64,000 nt of DNA from the human T2T-CHM13v2.0 reference genome, Homo sapiens: the NCBI RefSeq assembly GCF_009914755.1, contig NC_060937.1; one strand, 5' to 3'. Below the pieces are notes generated by a model. The model searched no databases, had not been told where the DNA came from, and was given only the letters and a program-made list of their open reading frames with translations. Made by a program: the position numbers and the translations under genes. Shown here piece by piece: positions 59,386 to 64,000 of this stretch (within the stretch, counting starts at the first letter, position 1; each line of letters starts with the position of its first letter).

Positions 59386-59909
59386 TCTAGTAAATTGAAC
59401 TTATAGATACAGTAAATCTTAAGTTACCTTTAAAAAAATGTAGGTGTGGAAAGAGTTCTGTTCCTGATGAGTTTGGACTGAGCAGATCACGGGGGGAGGT
59501 GAGCCACAGCCTGGAGATGGGGCCTCAGGGCCAGGCCGGGCCTTGACAATGGCTGGAGAGGCAGACCATCTCCCTGGAGGAAGCCCTGCTTCTTTGGACT
59601 GGCTTATGTACATGGGACTTCCTTACAGCCTGGACTTAAAGAACAGGCCCTATTTATTTCTGGCCCAAGGGCTTTTTAGAGCAGGGGGAGCCTCTTTTTT
59701 TTTTTTTTTTTTTTTTTTTGAAGGTAGGTCTCCATGATCCTAAGTTCCTATTACTTCTAGAGCAATATTTATAAACATTTCCTTACCAAAGGGAAATAGC
59801 AATGATCCCTTCTATTCTTTCTATCCCTACCTAAAACAAAACAAAACTTGCTAGCCATGGCAAAAATATGAAGAAGCTGGTAACAAAAAGAGTTTATGGT
59901 TATATGTGA

Positions 59910-60908
<999 letters not shown>

Positions 60909-60944
60909 AAAGCCAGAACTCTTAATGTGAAAAAAGAAATCTAA

Positions 60945-61185
60945 TGTCTGGGCACTCATGGACATAAAGATGGCAACAATAGGCACTGGGGACTGCTAGA
61001 GAGGGGAGGGAGGGAGGGGTCAAAGGTTGAAAAACTACCCACTGGGTGCTTCGCACACTACCTGGGTGACAGGATCAATCATATCTCAAACCCTAGCACT
61101 GTGCAATATATCTATGTCACAAACCTGCACTTGTATCCCCAGGATCTAAAATAAAGTTGAAAGTTAAAATTAAAAAAAAAAAATC
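60945..61185 (+). mobile_element. L1PA/PB 3' UTR fragment
   Basis: GGACATAAAGATGGCAACAATAGGCACTGGGGAC...ACAAACCTGCAC...AAAATAAAG + poly(A). Confidence 0.85.
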
Positions 61186-61756
61186 GAATGTCATTCCTAC
61201 ACCAACATCACAGGCCTTTGTATGTTCCCTTAGTAATACCTATTCAACCCCTTATGAAGCTCAATGACCTATATCCTCCTATGTTCCAGCATCCTATGAG
61301 AAGAGAAGTAAAAAGTATTTTTAAAAGGAAAAAGTCTTCTGCAACCACCCAGCCTACAACAGTGTCCAAGGGCTTTCCTGAGGTTGCCACTTGTGTTTTT
61401 TGTATTTCAGTGGCCCCCTGCCAGGCTTTGAGTGTTTATTCCCGAAGGGCATATGGCTGCTGGAAACTGGAGGTGGGAAAGATTGAAGAGGATTTGAAAA
61501 AGCCCCAAAGAGCTAGAGGAATGAGAAATGCACAGAGATGTCAAAGCAACAGATAATGAGAGAGACCAGAGTCTAAAGGAAGGACACTGAGCAAATTTTG
61601 TGATGTCCGGTTCAAGTCCAGAGAAGAGTGACAAAAAGCCATTGTTATCTAATAACAACCCCCCGCCCGCCCCCCCCACCCCCAGCTCCTCGAGAAAGCT
61701 CTGTCTTGCCACGTCTCGACAATTTTGTCAAAGTTACAACCTGGTCATAAGCTTTA

Positions 61757-62116
<360 letters not shown>

Positions 62117-62472
62117 TCAGGAGAGGGCACCGAATCCATCTTGAAAGGACTTGCTCCGAGTTTCAAAGCTGACGCTTTTAAGCTCTTAAATTCCCCTTCC
62201 AACAAACAAGCCAATAGTATGTTGGCATGCATTCATATAAGCAGGCTTGGCCCACGCCATATTTATTTAGTCTTCATAACTAGATGTACTAGAGGGTGTG
62301 AAGAATAAACCAGCACATCAGCCTTATTGAATATGCTTCCGACCAAAACCATCATTGGTTTGCCTTTCAAAGCCTAATCTAAGAGTCTCTGTCAAGAGTC
62401 TCATCTCTTCCTTAGAAGGAGCTCTTTCCCCAGCTCTGGCCCTCCCCACCAAGCTTGGAGCATGGGCCTCAC

Positions 62473-62767
62473 CTGTGCACTTGCAGGTCCGGTGGAAGAA
62501 TTTTCTTGGCCACAGCTCACGGTCATCCTGGTTTCGTAGGATGTAGGGACCACTCCAGGGCCTTGTGTCGGCTCGCACCTCTGTGCACTGCCCCCGGCCT
62601 TGCTGAGAGCCACAGACATTGGCCGACTCTGCACCCAGGCGTGGGCAGCACTCCTTGTTCACTAGGCTGTCCACCGTCATGCAGACTCGGGGGAACTGAC
62701 CCTGGGCTCCTGGCAGGATTTTGCAGCCCAAGCAACTGAGCAGAAACCCCCACCAAAGGGGGCTCAT
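62473..62767 (-). CDS. DCT: DCT coding exon 1 (signal peptide, Cys-rich region; MSPLWWGF...TCKCT)
   Basis: ORF translation matches the dopachrome tautomerase N-terminus; ATG at 62767; donor ACAG|GTGAGG after 62473; 295 nt. Confidence 0.99.
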
Positions 62768-63194
62768 GGCTTTATAATTGGGAGAGCTCTCTCTCTCTCT
62801 TACTTTCCTTGTCTCTGTCGTACTTTTCTCCTTATCTTCTACTCTTTCAGTCTTTTCTTTTCAGTATTTTTTATTTTTCTTTGCTTTCTATTCCTTTCTT
62901 CTTAAAAAAATACCCACAAGAATCACAGAGGTTACATGTGTGCACATGTGTACATGAACGTGCACACACAATTTTATGTGATTCAAACAACTAACAGACT
63001 TAATTTCCTTAGAAGCGCCTCTAACAACCAAATTTAATGAGGGTAGCGCTTCTCACCATCTTCCCCCGTTAAGTCAGGCTTTGTCTAATTGAGTTAATTT
63101 ACAGAGCACCCAGTCATACTACTTATTATGCTGGTATTTCTAAACCCTCTCCCTCCCTCCTTAGCTCTTGACTTTAATTGCCTTGAACTCAGTT
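62768..63194 (-). other. DCT: DCT 5' UTR (approximate TSS ~63194)
   Basis: Lies between the TATA-like element and the ATG; purine-rich on the mRNA strand; TSS inferred from TATA and M-box spacing. Confidence 0.7.
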
Positions 63195-63216
63195 CAAAAG
63201 CCAAACACCGTGCTGC

Positions 63217-63224
63217 TTTTATTC
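63217..63224 (-). promoter_or_regulatory. TATA-like element GAATAAAA
   Basis: About 25-30 nt upstream of the inferred TSS. Confidence 0.55.
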
Positions 63225-63320
63225 TCTCTGGCTTGCCAAGCCACGGGGCCTTGGGGGCTTGTGTAAGGGCTGGGAGAAGCCTTCATTAGGGGGATTAGTA
63301 TTACAGAAACCCTCATCATT

Positions 63321-63344
63321 AGCACATGACCCAAAGTGCACAAT
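63321..63344 (-). promoter_or_regulatory. M-box (GGTCATGTGCT, MITF) with overlapping LEF1/TCF site (CTTTGGG) and adjacent SOX site (ATTGT)
   Basis: M-box 63321-63331, CTTTGGG 63330-63336, ACAAT 63340-63344 read directly; matches the established DCT promoter layout. Confidence 0.9.
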
Positions 63345-63402
63345 AAAGGAGATCACTTCTGGCTTTATTTCAGGAGGGCAAAACCATCTTCTTTATCTGG
63401 GC

Positions 63403-63539
63403 TCATGTGCTCCAGCCAAACTTGTGACCTCAGACATCCTGGGGAGTCAGTAGATGCAGTGAGCTCTTCGTCAAAGACCCTTTACACAGAAGCTCACATT
63501 GCCAACTACAATGCACTCATGGCTGCTTTCTGACATGTG
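63403..63539. promoter_or_regulatory. Upstream promoter motifs: E-boxes CATGTG (63404-63409, 63534-63539) and CRE-like TGAGGTCA (63425-63432)
   Basis: Motifs read directly, within ~350 bp of the TSS. Confidence 0.65.
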
Positions 63540-63609
63540 TGCAAAAAAGACCACAACAGGGGGTCATGCAACTTCAAAAATAAAGAAACATTTATGTAGA
63601 ACCAGGGTA

Positions 63610-63641
63610 CAAGGAATTGCTTTGTTCCACAATTGGGAATC
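63610..63641. promoter_or_regulatory. DCT distal enhancer-like element with paired SOX sites
   Basis: CTTTGTT 63620-63626 and ACAAT 63629-63633; position (~-447 to -416) agrees with my recollection of DDE1. Confidence 0.55.
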
Positions 63642-63927
63642 CTCTTCCCTCCAAATAATAACTTACTCTTCTCCTATTCAGCACATCTACGCAGCAATTT
63701 TTTTTTAATTACATGAAGTAGCATGCCACCAGAAACTCACAATTGTCATTATCTGATTGTATGGAAGGCACTGGAACCATTTGGAATGAAGGCTTGCAAG
63801 CAAATCTTTTTGATTAGACTAAAGTGAAGCATGACTGAGCTTCAGTCTAGAAAGCAATGCCTCCTGGTGCTTCTGGAGAATGGTCAGGTCAGCAATGGTG
63901 GCCACCTGTCAGAACATCCATTTATTT

Positions 63928-63982
63928 TTTCACAGTGGAAACAGGACTGTCTTGGTAACTGTTTCACAGTGGAAACAGGACT
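63928..63982 (+). repeat. Perfect 21-bp direct repeat TTTCACAGTGGAAACAGGACT x2
   Basis: 63928-63948 and 63962-63982. Confidence 0.95.
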
Positions 63983-64000
63983 TAGTGCCACAAGGATGCG

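Noticed and set aside
62324-62472. Open frame continuing from exon 1 into intron 1
   Set aside because: A strong CAG|GTGAGG donor is present and a read-through of this length is expected by chance; no supporting signal

Overview
Human-type (Alu-rich primate) genomic DNA containing the whole DCT gene (dopachrome tautomerase / TYRP2; human chr13q32 by recollection) on the minus strand. Eight GT-AG coding exons (295+300+101+167+180+136+202+179 = 1560 nt) give the 519-aa protein from ATG 62767 to TAG 23443. A melanocyte promoter (M-box, LEF1, SOX, E-box and CRE-like sites) lies at ~63190-63640, a 5' UTR of ~427 nt carries five upstream ATGs, and there are proximal (~23215/23380) and distal (~20372) poly(A) signals. 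Bases 1-20300 are intergenic and mostly transposon-derived, apart from a unique motif-rich block at ~16.9-17.6 kb. I see no new self-contained biological system. The most interesting layer is alternative processing, much of it linked to transposons: two intron-6 cassette exons (56 nt from an antisense L1, and 43 nt) that keep the frame only together and split the metal-B site; a candidate terminal exon without the transmembrane segment inside the long 3' UTR, ending at an L2-derived poly(A) signal; the intron-2 read-through tail; inverted Alus; a MADE1 hairpin; and several local templated duplications. Exon boundaries were counted by hand. Repeat boundaries and subfamilies were recognised by eye and are approximate.
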